DNA from: an uncultured Armatimonadia bacterium
GTDB taxonomy: Bacteria; Armatimonadota; Zipacnadia; Zipacnadales; UBA11051
DNA length: 64,000 nt
Direction: 5' to 3'
Assembly: GCA_964622325.1 (NCBI GenBank)
Contig: CAZUOJ010000001.1
Span: 492 to 64,491, forward strand
Shown: one piece after another, positions 18,502 to 26,473 of the stretch
How the letters are laid out: each line of letters begins with the position of its first letter
Numbering within the stretch: position 1 is the stretch's first letter
Made by a program: the position numbers and the translations under genes
Notes under the pieces: model-generated
Databases searched by the model: none
What the model saw: only the letters and a program-made list of their open reading frames with translations
Told to the model about the DNA's origin: nothing

Positions 18502-19542
18502 ATGGCCAAACGCTCTTTGTTGTTTAGCCCGATGCATTATATCCATGAGCTTTACAGGCAAAATCAGCCTGCTCTGGCCTTTCAGGCGCGCACAATAGAA
18601 GAATGGCAGAAATGGCGCCGAAAGCTGAAGGCAAAAGTGGCGGAGCTTTTGGGCGGGCTGAATGATCCCAGATGCGCATTACAGCCCCAAATTATTGAGC
18701 GTGTGGCCTGTCCAGGATACATCCGCGAGAAAATTCTATATTATTCCCGGCCAGAGATGCTTGTGCCTGCGTATCTGCTTATTCCCGAGGATATCGATGC
18801 GCCTCGTCCGGCCGTTGTGGCTTGCTCAGGGCATGGACATGGCAAAAATGATCTTGTCGGGCTGGACGCACAAGGGCAGCCGCGGCAGGGGCCCAGCTAT
18901 CAAAACGATTTTGCTATACAGCTCGTGAAGCGGGGCTTCGTTGTGATTGCGCCCGAACATTTAGGCTTTGGAGAAAGGCGCGATCCCTGGGATATTGAAA
19001 AGGGCGCTGGCTCTTCTTGTCAGCAACATTCTATGGCGGCCCTGTTATTTGGACGCACAAATAGCGGCCTGCGTGTTTATGACATTATGCGGGCCATAGA
19101 TTATCTGCAAACACGTCCAGAAGTGGAGCCGCAACGCATCGGATGTGTGGGAATTTCTGGCGGGGGGCTTGTGACATTGTTTACGACAGCGATGGATGAA
19201 CGCATTCAGGCCTGTCTTGTGAGCGGCTATTTTAATCTGTTCCGTGATAGCATTATCCCCATAAGTCACTGTGTGGACAATTATATTCCTGGCTTGCTAC
19301 GTTATGCCGAAATGTGTGATGTCGCGGCCCTGATTGCGCCCCGGGCGTTCTTTGCCGAAAGCGGCACGCAGGATCCTATTTTTCCTGTAAAGGCCACACG
19401 GGAAGCCTTCGCACGTCTAAGGAGCGTTTATGAGCTGCTAAAAGTTCCTGAAAAATGCGGCTTGCATATTTTTCAAGGAGGGCATGAATTCAATGGACGC
19501 AAAGGCATTCCCTTTTTAGAACATTGGCTGACAGCCTCCTGA
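18502..19542 (+). CDS. Alpha/beta-hydrolase fold esterase (acetyl-xylan-esterase or dienelactone-hydrolase-like)
   Basis: AAGGAG RBS before the ATG at 18502. The nucleophile-elbow motif GISGGG is present. It follows the GH genes in the same orientation. Confidence 0.55.
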   Translation: MAKRSLLFSPMHYIHELYRQNQPALAFQARTIEEWQKWRRKLKAKVAELLGGLNDPRCALQPQIIERVACPGYIREKILYYSRPEMLVPAYLLIPEDIDAPRPAVVACSGHGHGKNDLVGLDAQGQPRQGPSYQNDFAIQLVKRGFVVIAPEHLGFGERRDPWDIEKGAGSSCQQHSMAALLFGRTNSGLRVYDIMRAIDYLQTRPEVEPQRIGCVGISGGGLVTLFTTAMDERIQACLVSGYFNLFRDSIIPISHCVDNYIPGLLRYAEMCDVAALIAPRAFFAESGTQDPIFPVKATREAFARLRSVYELLKVPEKCGLHIFQGGHEFNGRKGIPFLEHWLTAS

Positions 19543-19578
19543 TCGGAGCTTGGCGAAAGGAAAGAGAGAAGGAAAAGC

Positions 19579-20352
19579 ATGCCTATTTTGCCTCGCGCCA
19601 ATTCAGTCCTCTTAGGAATTTTATTGTGTTGCTGGCTGGGGCTCATTGTGGGGGGCGCTCTGACACAGGAAAGCCCAATATCACAATCACAAAAAATTCC
19701 GCTCCTACACAAAATCATTTGCACATTCTTGCTTTTTCTTTGTGCGCTTACAATCGCAACAGGCATAATTCGCGCTTTGCGCCCTTATGCTCGCTTGCTT
19801 ATGTGCGGAATGTTTTGGGGCTTTTTAGGAGATCTTGTAATGGGCAAAATTGTAGGCGTGCCAGGATTTGATCATCTCATTTTGGGGATGCTCGTTTTTG
19901 GAGCCTGTCATGTATGTTATATCGTCGCCTTTCGGCGTTTAGCCATTATTCTAAACGCTGTCCGTACGAAGGCTTGGCGAAGCAGCCTTGTCTTAATGCT
20001 CTGTCTTGGCGTGGCTGATTGGATTTTCTTTGTGCAAACGCCCCTCGCCGATCCTGGGCGCAATTGGGCCGCTTTGGGCTATGCTTTAATGATATGGGGA
20101 ATGGCGGGATGTGCTTTGGCTGTAACATGGCAAAAGCCACATTTTGTCTTGGCTTTTGTGGGCGCTATGCTGCTGATTGTTTCGGATACGCTTTTAGCCG
20201 CTTATGTGTTTCGCGATATCTCCTTTCGCTATATCGACGATGTTATCTGGCTGATCTTTAATGTGGGGCAGGCGCTTATAGTTTTTTCGCCCCTTTATGG
20301 AGGCTATAGGCTAATGGCCGCAATCTTCCCCGAAGAGGTGGCCGAGAAATAG
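19579..20352 (+). CDS. YhhN-family (lysoplasmalogenase-like) integral membrane protein
   Basis: 257 aa, about 7 TM helices. The conserved motif MLLIVSDTLLA matches the YhhN xxSDxxLA signature. Confidence 0.5.
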   Translation: MPILPRANSVLLGILLCCWLGLIVGGALTQESPISQSQKIPLLHKIICTFLLFLCALTIATGIIRALRPYARLLMCGMFWGFLGDLVMGKIVGVPGFDHLILGMLVFGACHVCYIVAFRRLAIILNAVRTKAWRSSLVLMLCLGVADWIFFVQTPLADPGRNWAALGYALMIWGMAGCALAVTWQKPHFVLAFVGAMLLIVSDTLLAAYVFRDISFRYIDDVIWLIFNVGQALIVFSPLYGGYRLMAAIFPEEVAEK

Positions 20353-20359
20353 GGGAGAA

Positions 20360-20442
20360 GGGAGCAAGCCGATTGGCTGGCGTGTCTGAAGATATTAATC
20401 ATAAGCCAAGATGAATTTTCGCTTGCTCCCGCTTTATTTTCG
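20360..20442 (+). terminator. Possible terminator between convergent genes
   Basis: A 10-bp inverted repeat gggagcaagc (20360-20369) pairs with gcttgctccc (20421-20430) across a long loop, followed by GCTTTATTTT. The long loop makes this weak. Confidence 0.3.
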
Positions 20443-20476
20443 CCAAAGGCGACAATGAAATCGAGCAGATATTCTT

Positions 20477-21529
20477 TCAGCGGCTAAAACGAATTTCTAA
20501 CACATCCCCTTCTTGAACAACATAATCTCTCCCCTCTAAACGCACAAGGCCATGCTTGCGACATTCCGCCAGAGAGCCAAAGCGATCTAAATCGGAAAAA
20601 GCTACGACTTCCGCGCGGATAAAGCCCTTCTCCATATCCGTATGAATTTTCCCGGCAGCCTGGGAGGCCGTAGCGCCCCGCCGAATGGGCCAAGCATGCG
20701 CTTCTTTAGCGTTTGCCGTAAGAAATGTCACAAGATCTAGCAAATCATATGCGGCCTGAATGAAGCGTTCCCGCGCTGAAGATGTCAAGCCATAATCTTG
20801 TAAAAATTCGGCCTGTTCTTCTGGCAGAAGCTGGGCGATTTCCTTTTCCAATTGCGCACAAAAAAGCAAATAGGGCAAGCCGAGCTGTGTGGCATATGCC
20901 AGCGCTGTTTCTGCTTTTTTCCCTTCCAAATCGTCGTCGGCGACATTACATGCTACAAGCAAGGGCAAAGCGCTTACAAGCGTTAATCCAGATAGCCAGC
21001 GGCGCTGTTCCTCTGTAATTCCTAGTTGGCTAATTGGCTTGCCGGCACTGAGCTGCTGTTGCAAATCTTCCAGAAGATGAATTTCTAGGATATTTCGATC
21101 CTTCTTCGCGCCGCTGTGAATGCGCTCCAAACGCCGTTGCACAATGCCTAAATCTGCCAGTGTGAGTGCGAGCAACACTGTTTCCAGATCGCTGCGCGGA
21201 TTTAAAGGCTTGCCTTGATAATCCAAATCGCCAAAACATTGCAGCACAATTACAAATGCCTCGCATTCCTGCGCCAAGCGTGCCAGATGTTTCTCTACAT
21301 CTGCTCCGCTGCCACTGCACGGAATGGGATCTGTATCCACAAGGGCGATTTCAGCATAAACGATATTAGCGGAATGATAAATTTCCGCTAAACGCGCTAG
21401 ACGGGCGTCCGGCACGGGCACAACGCCAATTCGTTCGCCCGCTCCGGAAGGCTGAGGCGGCAGGCCTGTCAAGGCGGCAAAACAAGAGCTCTTGCCGCTG
21501 CGGGGCAAACCTATTAAGCCAATTTTCAT
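20477..21529 (-). CDS. ychF: Ribosome-binding ATPase YchF (Obg-family GTPase with C-terminal TGS domain)
   Basis: The C-terminus AGKIHTDMEKGFIRAEVV...RLEGRDYVVQEGDVLEIRF matches the YchF TGS domain (AGKIHTDFEKGFIRA...GKDYIVKDGDV). The N-terminal P-loop is GLPRSGKSS, which diverges from the canonical GLPNVGKST. Confidence 0.8.
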   Translation of the reverse strand: MKIGLIGLPRSGKSSCFAALTGLPPQPSGAGERIGVVPVPDARLARLAEIYHSANIVYAEIALVDTDPIPCSGSGADVEKHLARLAQECEAFVIVLQCFGDLDYQGKPLNPRSDLETVLLALTLADLGIVQRRLERIHSGAKKDRNILEIHLLEDLQQQLSAGKPISQLGITEEQRRWLSGLTLVSALPLLVACNVADDDLEGKKAETALAYATQLGLPYLLFCAQLEKEIAQLLPEEQAEFLQDYGLTSSARERFIQAAYDLLDLVTFLTANAKEAHAWPIRRGATASQAAGKIHTDMEKGFIRAEVVAFSDLDRFGSLAECRKHGLVRLEGRDYVVQEGDVLEIRFSR

Positions 21530-21534
21530 TGCTG

Positions 21535-22215
21535 TCAGCCCCTTTCAAATGTGCCTTCGCCTTCCTCAACATTCCATATATGAAAAATTGCCTCTTCACT
21601 AATAGGCCCCTTGCGAAGGATTTGGGGCGGATCTTTTGTGATATCCACAACTGTGGAAGGCTGGCCGCCAGGACACAGGCCGCCATCGACAATTAAAGCC
21701 ACGGCCTCTTTTAATTCTGCAGGCAAATCCTCCACATCACGAGCAGGAGGCTCATCGGAAATGTTAGCGCTCGTCGTGGCGACAGGGAAGCAGCACGTGG
21801 CCAAAATACGCCGCGTTAACGGCAAATCGGGGACACGAACGCCTACAGAGTTTTGTCCCCCTGTGACAATATCGGGAATTGTGGCCGCTTTTTGTACAAC
21901 AATTGTCAAGGGGCCAGGCCAAAGAGCTTGCGCCATGCGGCGGGCCTTGGGGGGCAATTGCATTGTCACCGACAAGGCTTCTAATGCTTGAATATTGGCC
22001 ACGAGAATAGGCAGCGCCTTTTCTTGGGGACGCCTTTTAGCCGCAAACAGCTTTCGCACAGCTTCTTCGTCATCAGCCCGACAGGCCAGGCCATAAACTG
22101 TATCTGTCGGAAATATCAAAAGATGGCCAGCGGCCAAAACTTGTGCCGCCCGGACGACAACAGCCGGATCTGGATTTTGGGGCTCACTTTTTATAATTTC
22201 AGCGGACATAAACAA
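21535..22215 (-). CDS. tsaC: L-threonylcarbamoyladenylate synthase (YrdC/Sua5 family)
   Basis: YrdC-domain motif LIFPTDTVYGLACRADDEEAV. 226 aa. Confidence 0.8.
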   Translation of the reverse strand: MFMSAEIIKSEPQNPDPAVVVRAAQVLAAGHLLIFPTDTVYGLACRADDEEAVRKLFAAKRRPQEKALPILVANIQALEALSVTMQLPPKARRMAQALWPGPLTIVVQKAATIPDIVTGGQNSVGVRVPDLPLTRRILATCCFPVATTSANISDEPPARDVEDLPAELKEAVALIVDGGLCPGGQPSTVVDITKDPPQILRKGPISEEAIFHIWNVEEGEGTFERG

Positions 22216-23062
22216 TCACATAACGCTCTATTCCCGCCAAATCAGGCAGAATTTCCACATCTCCCATCCCACAGGCCAAAGCAGCCACATCGCGGCCTTG
22301 ATTATAGCCCACTTCAAAAGCCATGAAACGCAAATGAACACATTCCTGCGCCTGCGCAATGATTTGGCGATATGCTTCCAGGCCATCTTCCGCAGGAGAA
22401 ACAAGCGCAATACGCGGCTCGGCATGCACTTCCGGCTCTAAATGCGGCCATTCTGCAGGACGCACATAGGGGGGATTAGAAACAATAGCGTAAATTTGTT
22501 CCAAAAGCTGCGCTTCCCGCAAAGGAGTCAAATAGCTGCCCTGCAAAAACTCTACGCGCTCTTGCAGGCCCAAACATTGGGCGTTTTCCTGGGCTAATTG
22601 GAGCGCTTCTGGCGAAATATCTGTCATCATTATTTTTGTGTCAGGGAGCTGCGAGGCCAGCGCCAGCCCGATAGCTCCGCTGCCGCAGCCCACATCCACG
22701 ACATACATATTTGGCGGCGCTGGATGTTTCTCCAGCCTCTTCAACACAGCCTCTACAAGCAGCTCTGTTTCAGGCCGCGGAATCATCGCGCGCGCGTCAA
22801 TGCGTAAAGAAATGCCATAAAAATCAATTGTACGCGTGAGGTAGGGCAAAGGCAGGCGACACGCGCGGAGGCTCAACAGATGATAATAAATAATTTCAGC
22901 AGAGTCTTCAATGGGCTGGGCCAACTGTAAGAAAATATCAAGGGGACGAATATCCAGGACATGTGCTAGTAGCGCGCGCGCCTCATATTCTGCTTCGGAT
23001 ATGCCTGCCATTTTTAAGCACGCCGCGCCCTCTTTATAAAGAGCGCTGAGCGTTTTTGTCAT
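22199..23062 (-). CDS. prmC: Release-factor glutamine N5-methyltransferase PrmC/HemK
   Basis: AdoMet motif VDVGCGSGAIGLALA and catalytic IVSNPPYV (NPPY). It overlaps prfA by 4 nt, which is the classic prfA-prmC arrangement. Confidence 0.85.
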   Translation of the reverse strand: MTKTLSALYKEGAACLKMAGISEAEYEARALLAHVLDIRPLDIFLQLAQPIEDSAEIIYYHLLSLRACRLPLPYLTRTIDFYGISLRIDARAMIPRPETELLVEAVLKRLEKHPAPPNMYVVDVGCGSGAIGLALASQLPDTKIMMTDISPEALQLAQENAQCLGLQERVEFLQGSYLTPLREAQLLEQIYAIVSNPPYVRPAEWPHLEPEVHAEPRIALVSPAEDGLEAYRQIIAQAQECVHLRFMAFEVGYNQGRDVAALACGMGDVEILPDLAGIERYVIVYVR

Positions 23063-24141
23063 AGCGTTTGTCCCAGCTCCTGAAGCTTTCGTTGCCGCTC
23101 ATGCTCGGCCAAAGCCTCGATGAGCTCGTCAATTTCCCCCGCCAGCAAAGCGGGCAAATTATGCAATGTGAGATTGATGCGATGATCTGTGAGGCGATCC
23201 TGAGGAAAATTATATGTTCGTATTTTTTCGCTGCGATCGCCGCTTTTGACTTGTTCCTTCCGGGCCTTCGCTAATTCCTCCGCTTGCTCCCGCATTTTCA
23301 AATCATAAAGACGCGCTCGTAAAAGCCGTAATGCCCGCTCCCGATTTTGTATCTGGGAACGCTGATCAGAACAGGCTACAGAAATCCCCGTAGGCTTATG
23401 CGTTACACGCACAGCCGTTTCGTTTTTTTGCATATGCTGGCCGCCCGGCCCGCCCGCGCGAAAACTCTCAAATTCCAGATCCGCCGGATCCAGCTCAATA
23501 TCCACTTCTTCCACTTCCGGCAATACGGCAACAGTCGCCGCAGATGTATGTATGCGCCCCTGAGATTCTGTAACAGGAACGCGTTGCACACGATGAACGC
23601 CGCTTTCGTGACGCAAAACGCCATATGCCCCCCGGCCCCTAATTTCCACAATAACTTCCTTATAGCCGCCTAAATCGTCCAATGTGGCGTCCACAATCTC
23701 TGTTTCCCAGCCCCGGCGCTCCGCAAACTTTAAATACATATTGAGCAAATCCGCCGCAAAAAGAGCTGCCTCTTCGCCGCCTGTGCCGGCGCGGATTTCT
23801 AACACAGCATTTTTCTCATCCAGCGGATCCTTGGGCAACAACATCTGGAGCAGCTCTTGCTCCAGATGGGCTTTTTTCTGGGCCGCCTCATCCCTCGCCG
23901 CTTCCAGAAAAGCCCGCATCTCTGGATCATCTGTTTCTTGTAATAGATCTTCCGCTTCCGTCCAATCTTCCTGAGCGCGCCTATATTCCTGATACGTCTC
24001 CACAAGAGGCAAAAGCTCAGCATGTCGGATTGTCAGCTCGCGGAAGCGTTGCGGATCGCGAAGCACATCTGGCTGACTGAGCTGCTCTTCTATTTCCTGC
24101 AATTCTTGCGAAAATTTGGCAATTGTTGCAGCTAAATCCAT
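23059..24141 (-). CDS. prfA: Peptide chain release factor 1
   Basis: GGQ motif in GPGGQHMQKNETAVR. The RF1-type PVT tripeptide is present in RVQRVPVTESQGRIHTSAATV. 360 aa. Confidence 0.9.
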   Translation of the reverse strand: MDLAATIAKFSQELQEIEEQLSQPDVLRDPQRFRELTIRHAELLPLVETYQEYRRAQEDWTEAEDLLQETDDPEMRAFLEAARDEAAQKKAHLEQELLQMLLPKDPLDEKNAVLEIRAGTGGEEAALFAADLLNMYLKFAERRGWETEIVDATLDDLGGYKEVIVEIRGRGAYGVLRHESGVHRVQRVPVTESQGRIHTSAATVAVLPEVEEVDIELDPADLEFESFRAGGPGGQHMQKNETAVRVTHKPTGISVACSDQRSQIQNRERALRLLRARLYDLKMREQAEELAKARKEQVKSGDRSEKIRTYNFPQDRLTDHRINLTLHNLPALLAGEIDELIEALAEHERQRKLQELGQTL

Positions 24142-24198
24142 TTCTGTTTGTCAAAAAATTTTTTATTATTAATTTTTTTGAGATTTGAGCTGGACAGT

Positions 24199-25254
24199 CT
24201 AAAGTTCCGAAGCCATATTAGCATTTGCATTTGTTTCTGAAGAAAGCACGGAATCTGTTGCTATCTGGAGCTTTCCGTCTATTGTAGCGGGCACAGGCGG
24301 CGGAAAATCTTTGGGCAAGGATATGTCAGGCGCCACTGTTGTTAAGGCATAAATGGCAATTTTAATTTGTTCTTCTGTAGGCTTGCGAGTTGTAAGACGC
24401 TGCAATAACAATCCCGGCTGCGCCAGCAATCGCGCCAATAGCGAATTACGATGTCTCCCCCCATAGCGAATGATTTCATATGAAATGGCCGCTACAAAAG
24501 GAATCATGAAAAGCCGCAACAGAAAAAGCTGCCACATCTGTGGCGGATAAGGCAAGATAGAGCCTAACAAAATCTTCACAACAATAAACACAAGCAAAAA
24601 AGCTGTGCCGCAGCGGGGATGGAGCGGACTGTATTGCATACAGCGCTCCGGCACGATTGGCGCGCCGTCTTCAAGGCAATTGATAACAGAATGCTCCGCC
24701 CCATGATATTGAAAGATCCGCCGAATGTCTGGCAAAACAGAAATAGCCGCAATGTAGCCAATTATGATAGCCAGACGAATAATGCCTTCTACAAAATTTT
24801 TTATTAAATCATCGGGACTATGTAAGAGACTCTTTACAAGGCCAGCAGGAAGCAAGATAAATAGGCCAATTCCGATTGCCAGCGAAGGAATAAAAGCAGC
24901 CCAGGCGGCCCAAGAAGAAGATTGCTTGCGCAATTTCTTGTTTGGCTTGCCTTGCGCTGGCTCTGAAGCGGAATTTGTCGACTGAGATGCCGCTAATTGT
25001 TCCTCGACAAGCACATTAAATGAAAAAATAAGCGATTGAATTCCCAAAAGCAATGTATCCACAAGGGCCACAACGCCGCGAATAAATGGCCAGCGCGCCC
25101 AGCGATAGCGCTGGCTGATATTCCGGATCGGCTGAGAAATAACGGCCACAGTTCCATCTTGCCGACGGACAGCAGCGCCCCAGGCGTTTTGGCCGCGCAT
25201 CATCACGCCTTCCATAATGGCTTGTCCGCCATAAAAATGCCTGTCTTCAGCCAT
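24199..25254 (-). CDS. DUF1385 (YqhQ-like) membrane-associated protein
   Basis: The N-terminus YGGQAIMEGVMMRGQ is typical of DUF1385. It sits between rpmE and prfA, as in many genomes. Confidence 0.6.
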   Translation of the reverse strand: MAEDRHFYGGQAIMEGVMMRGQNAWGAAVRRQDGTVAVISQPIRNISQRYRWARWPFIRGVVALVDTLLLGIQSLIFSFNVLVEEQLAASQSTNSASEPAQGKPNKKLRKQSSSWAAWAAFIPSLAIGIGLFILLPAGLVKSLLHSPDDLIKNFVEGIIRLAIIIGYIAAISVLPDIRRIFQYHGAEHSVINCLEDGAPIVPERCMQYSPLHPRCGTAFLLVFIVVKILLGSILPYPPQMWQLFLLRLFMIPFVAAISYEIIRYGGRHRNSLLARLLAQPGLLLQRLTTRKPTEEQIKIAIYALTTVAPDISLPKDFPPPVPATIDGKLQIATDSVLSSETNANANMASEL

Positions 25255-25349
25255 ATTATTTTAATATCATCTGATTTATTCTTAAGCGGCGCATAATAGC
25301 CCAGGCCTTGGGCAGGCCTGGGCCTTATGCTGACACAAAAATTTTTTTG

Positions 25350-25568
25350 CTATTTGAGCTGATAACGATCTTGTAGCTTGTAGCGTTTAATAAAACGCTC
25401 CACGCGCCCTTCTGTGTCCACGATTTTTTGCGTGCCTGTGAAGAAGGGATGACATTTGTTGCATATTTCCACACGAATTTCTGGCTTAACAGATCGTGTG
25501 ATGAATGTCTCGCCGCAAGCGCATGTCACGCGGCATTCTTGATAATTCGGATGAATGCCCTTTTTCAT
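25350..25568 (-). CDS. rpmE: 50S ribosomal protein L31 (Zn-ribbon type)
   Basis: [22 protein letters not shown]...[10 protein letters not shown] matches L31 with the CxxC...CxxC zinc site. 72 aa. Confidence 0.9.
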   Translation of the reverse strand: MKKGIHPNYQECRVTCACGETFITRSVKPEIRVEICNKCHPFFTGTQKIVDTEGRVERFIKRYKLQDRYQLK

Positions 25569-25733
25569 AATCCTCTTCTCTCCATATCTTGCTGAGCTAA
25601 AAATAGCTTCTTTTTTGGAGATTTAATTATATCATTTATTGCTTATGCGTGCAATGTCTCCCGCCGGATGTGCCTGAATAGCATTTTGTAAGGCTTTTGG
25701 GGCTTTGTGTTCAAAAGGCAGCAATAGCATGCC

Positions 25734-26327
25734 TCAATCCCAATGGGCGATAAATGCCCAGGGCACGCCTCGCTTTGTTCCAGGCCCGCTATAGCATCCT
25801 CCCACACAATGCGGCTTCCACACATCAAAATGAGCGTTTTCTCCATAACGCCGAGAGCTTCTGTCTACACGCACGAGCCCGCCCCGATCTGTGACTTTAA
25901 GCAATCCGTCAGTGGACAGCCATATTAAAGAGTGCATAGGGATGTTCCGAGAGGCTGCACAAACGCCTTGCCGCACGCGGCTGCCATCCGCACAGCGCAT
26001 TCCGGAACATGAAGGACAATATGTTGTACGGCGCGCTCGCCCCTGAGCCACAATGTTTTTCGCCAAGACAATTTGATAGGCGACAAATTTCCATTGCGGC
26101 ATGTCTGGCCATTCACGCAACACGACAGCACGATAAGCCTGACGCTGAAGCGGATCCGCAGGCAGATTAGCCATGTCTTCTCGGCCTGACACATAATTTT
26201 GTGAGGCGGCAGGAATAGCGCTGTCCTGTCCCCTAAAAAAAGCCGTGTCTGTGTTTTTTTCTAGAGGCGGCGCCCCGTGTTCCCCCATCCATCCCAATAA
26301 TAATGTAAATAGCAAAATGAATTTCAT
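25734..26327 (-). CDS. Secreted 3D-domain (MltA/Rpf-like) cell-wall-binding protein
   Basis: Signal peptide MKFILLFTLLLGW. The C-terminal IPMHSLIWLSTDGLLKVTDRGGLVRVDRSSRRYGENAHFDVW fits the 3D-domain pattern (D...DRG...R.DVW). Confidence 0.5.
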   Translation of the reverse strand: MKFILLFTLLLGWMGEHGAPPLEKNTDTAFFRGQDSAIPAASQNYVSGREDMANLPADPLQRQAYRAVVLREWPDMPQWKFVAYQIVLAKNIVAQGRARRTTYCPSCSGMRCADGSRVRQGVCAASRNIPMHSLIWLSTDGLLKVTDRGGLVRVDRSSRRYGENAHFDVWKPHCVGGCYSGPGTKRGVPWAFIAHWD

Positions 26328-26404
26328 CTTTGTATTCTATTTCTTTTGTGTGTTCTAGCCGTTGCTTCAAAAAGCAGCGTTTTTCCATAAGATGTGCTCA
26401 TTTT

Positions 26405-26448
26405 AGAGAGCTAAAAATAGATGGGCCGCCCTAACAAAAGGGCGGCCC
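26405..26448 (-). terminator. Intrinsic terminator downstream of the 853-aa gene (minus strand)
   Basis: Perfect 10-bp GC stem gggccgccct/agggcggccc (26423-26448) followed on the minus strand by ATCTATTTTTAG. Two further GGGCGGCCC copies and the palindrome gcgccttaaggcgc lie just upstream (26450-26473). Confidence 0.5.
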
Positions 26449-26473
26449 CTAAAAATTAAGGGCGGCCCACGCC

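Noticed and set aside
25594-26420. Exact 13-mer gagctaaaaatag at 25594-25606 and 26408-26420, both just upstream of minus-strand genes
   Set aside because: Roughly 30 chance 13-mer coincidences are expected in 64 kb, so this is not significant on its own. One copy is simply the A-tract of the proposed terminator.
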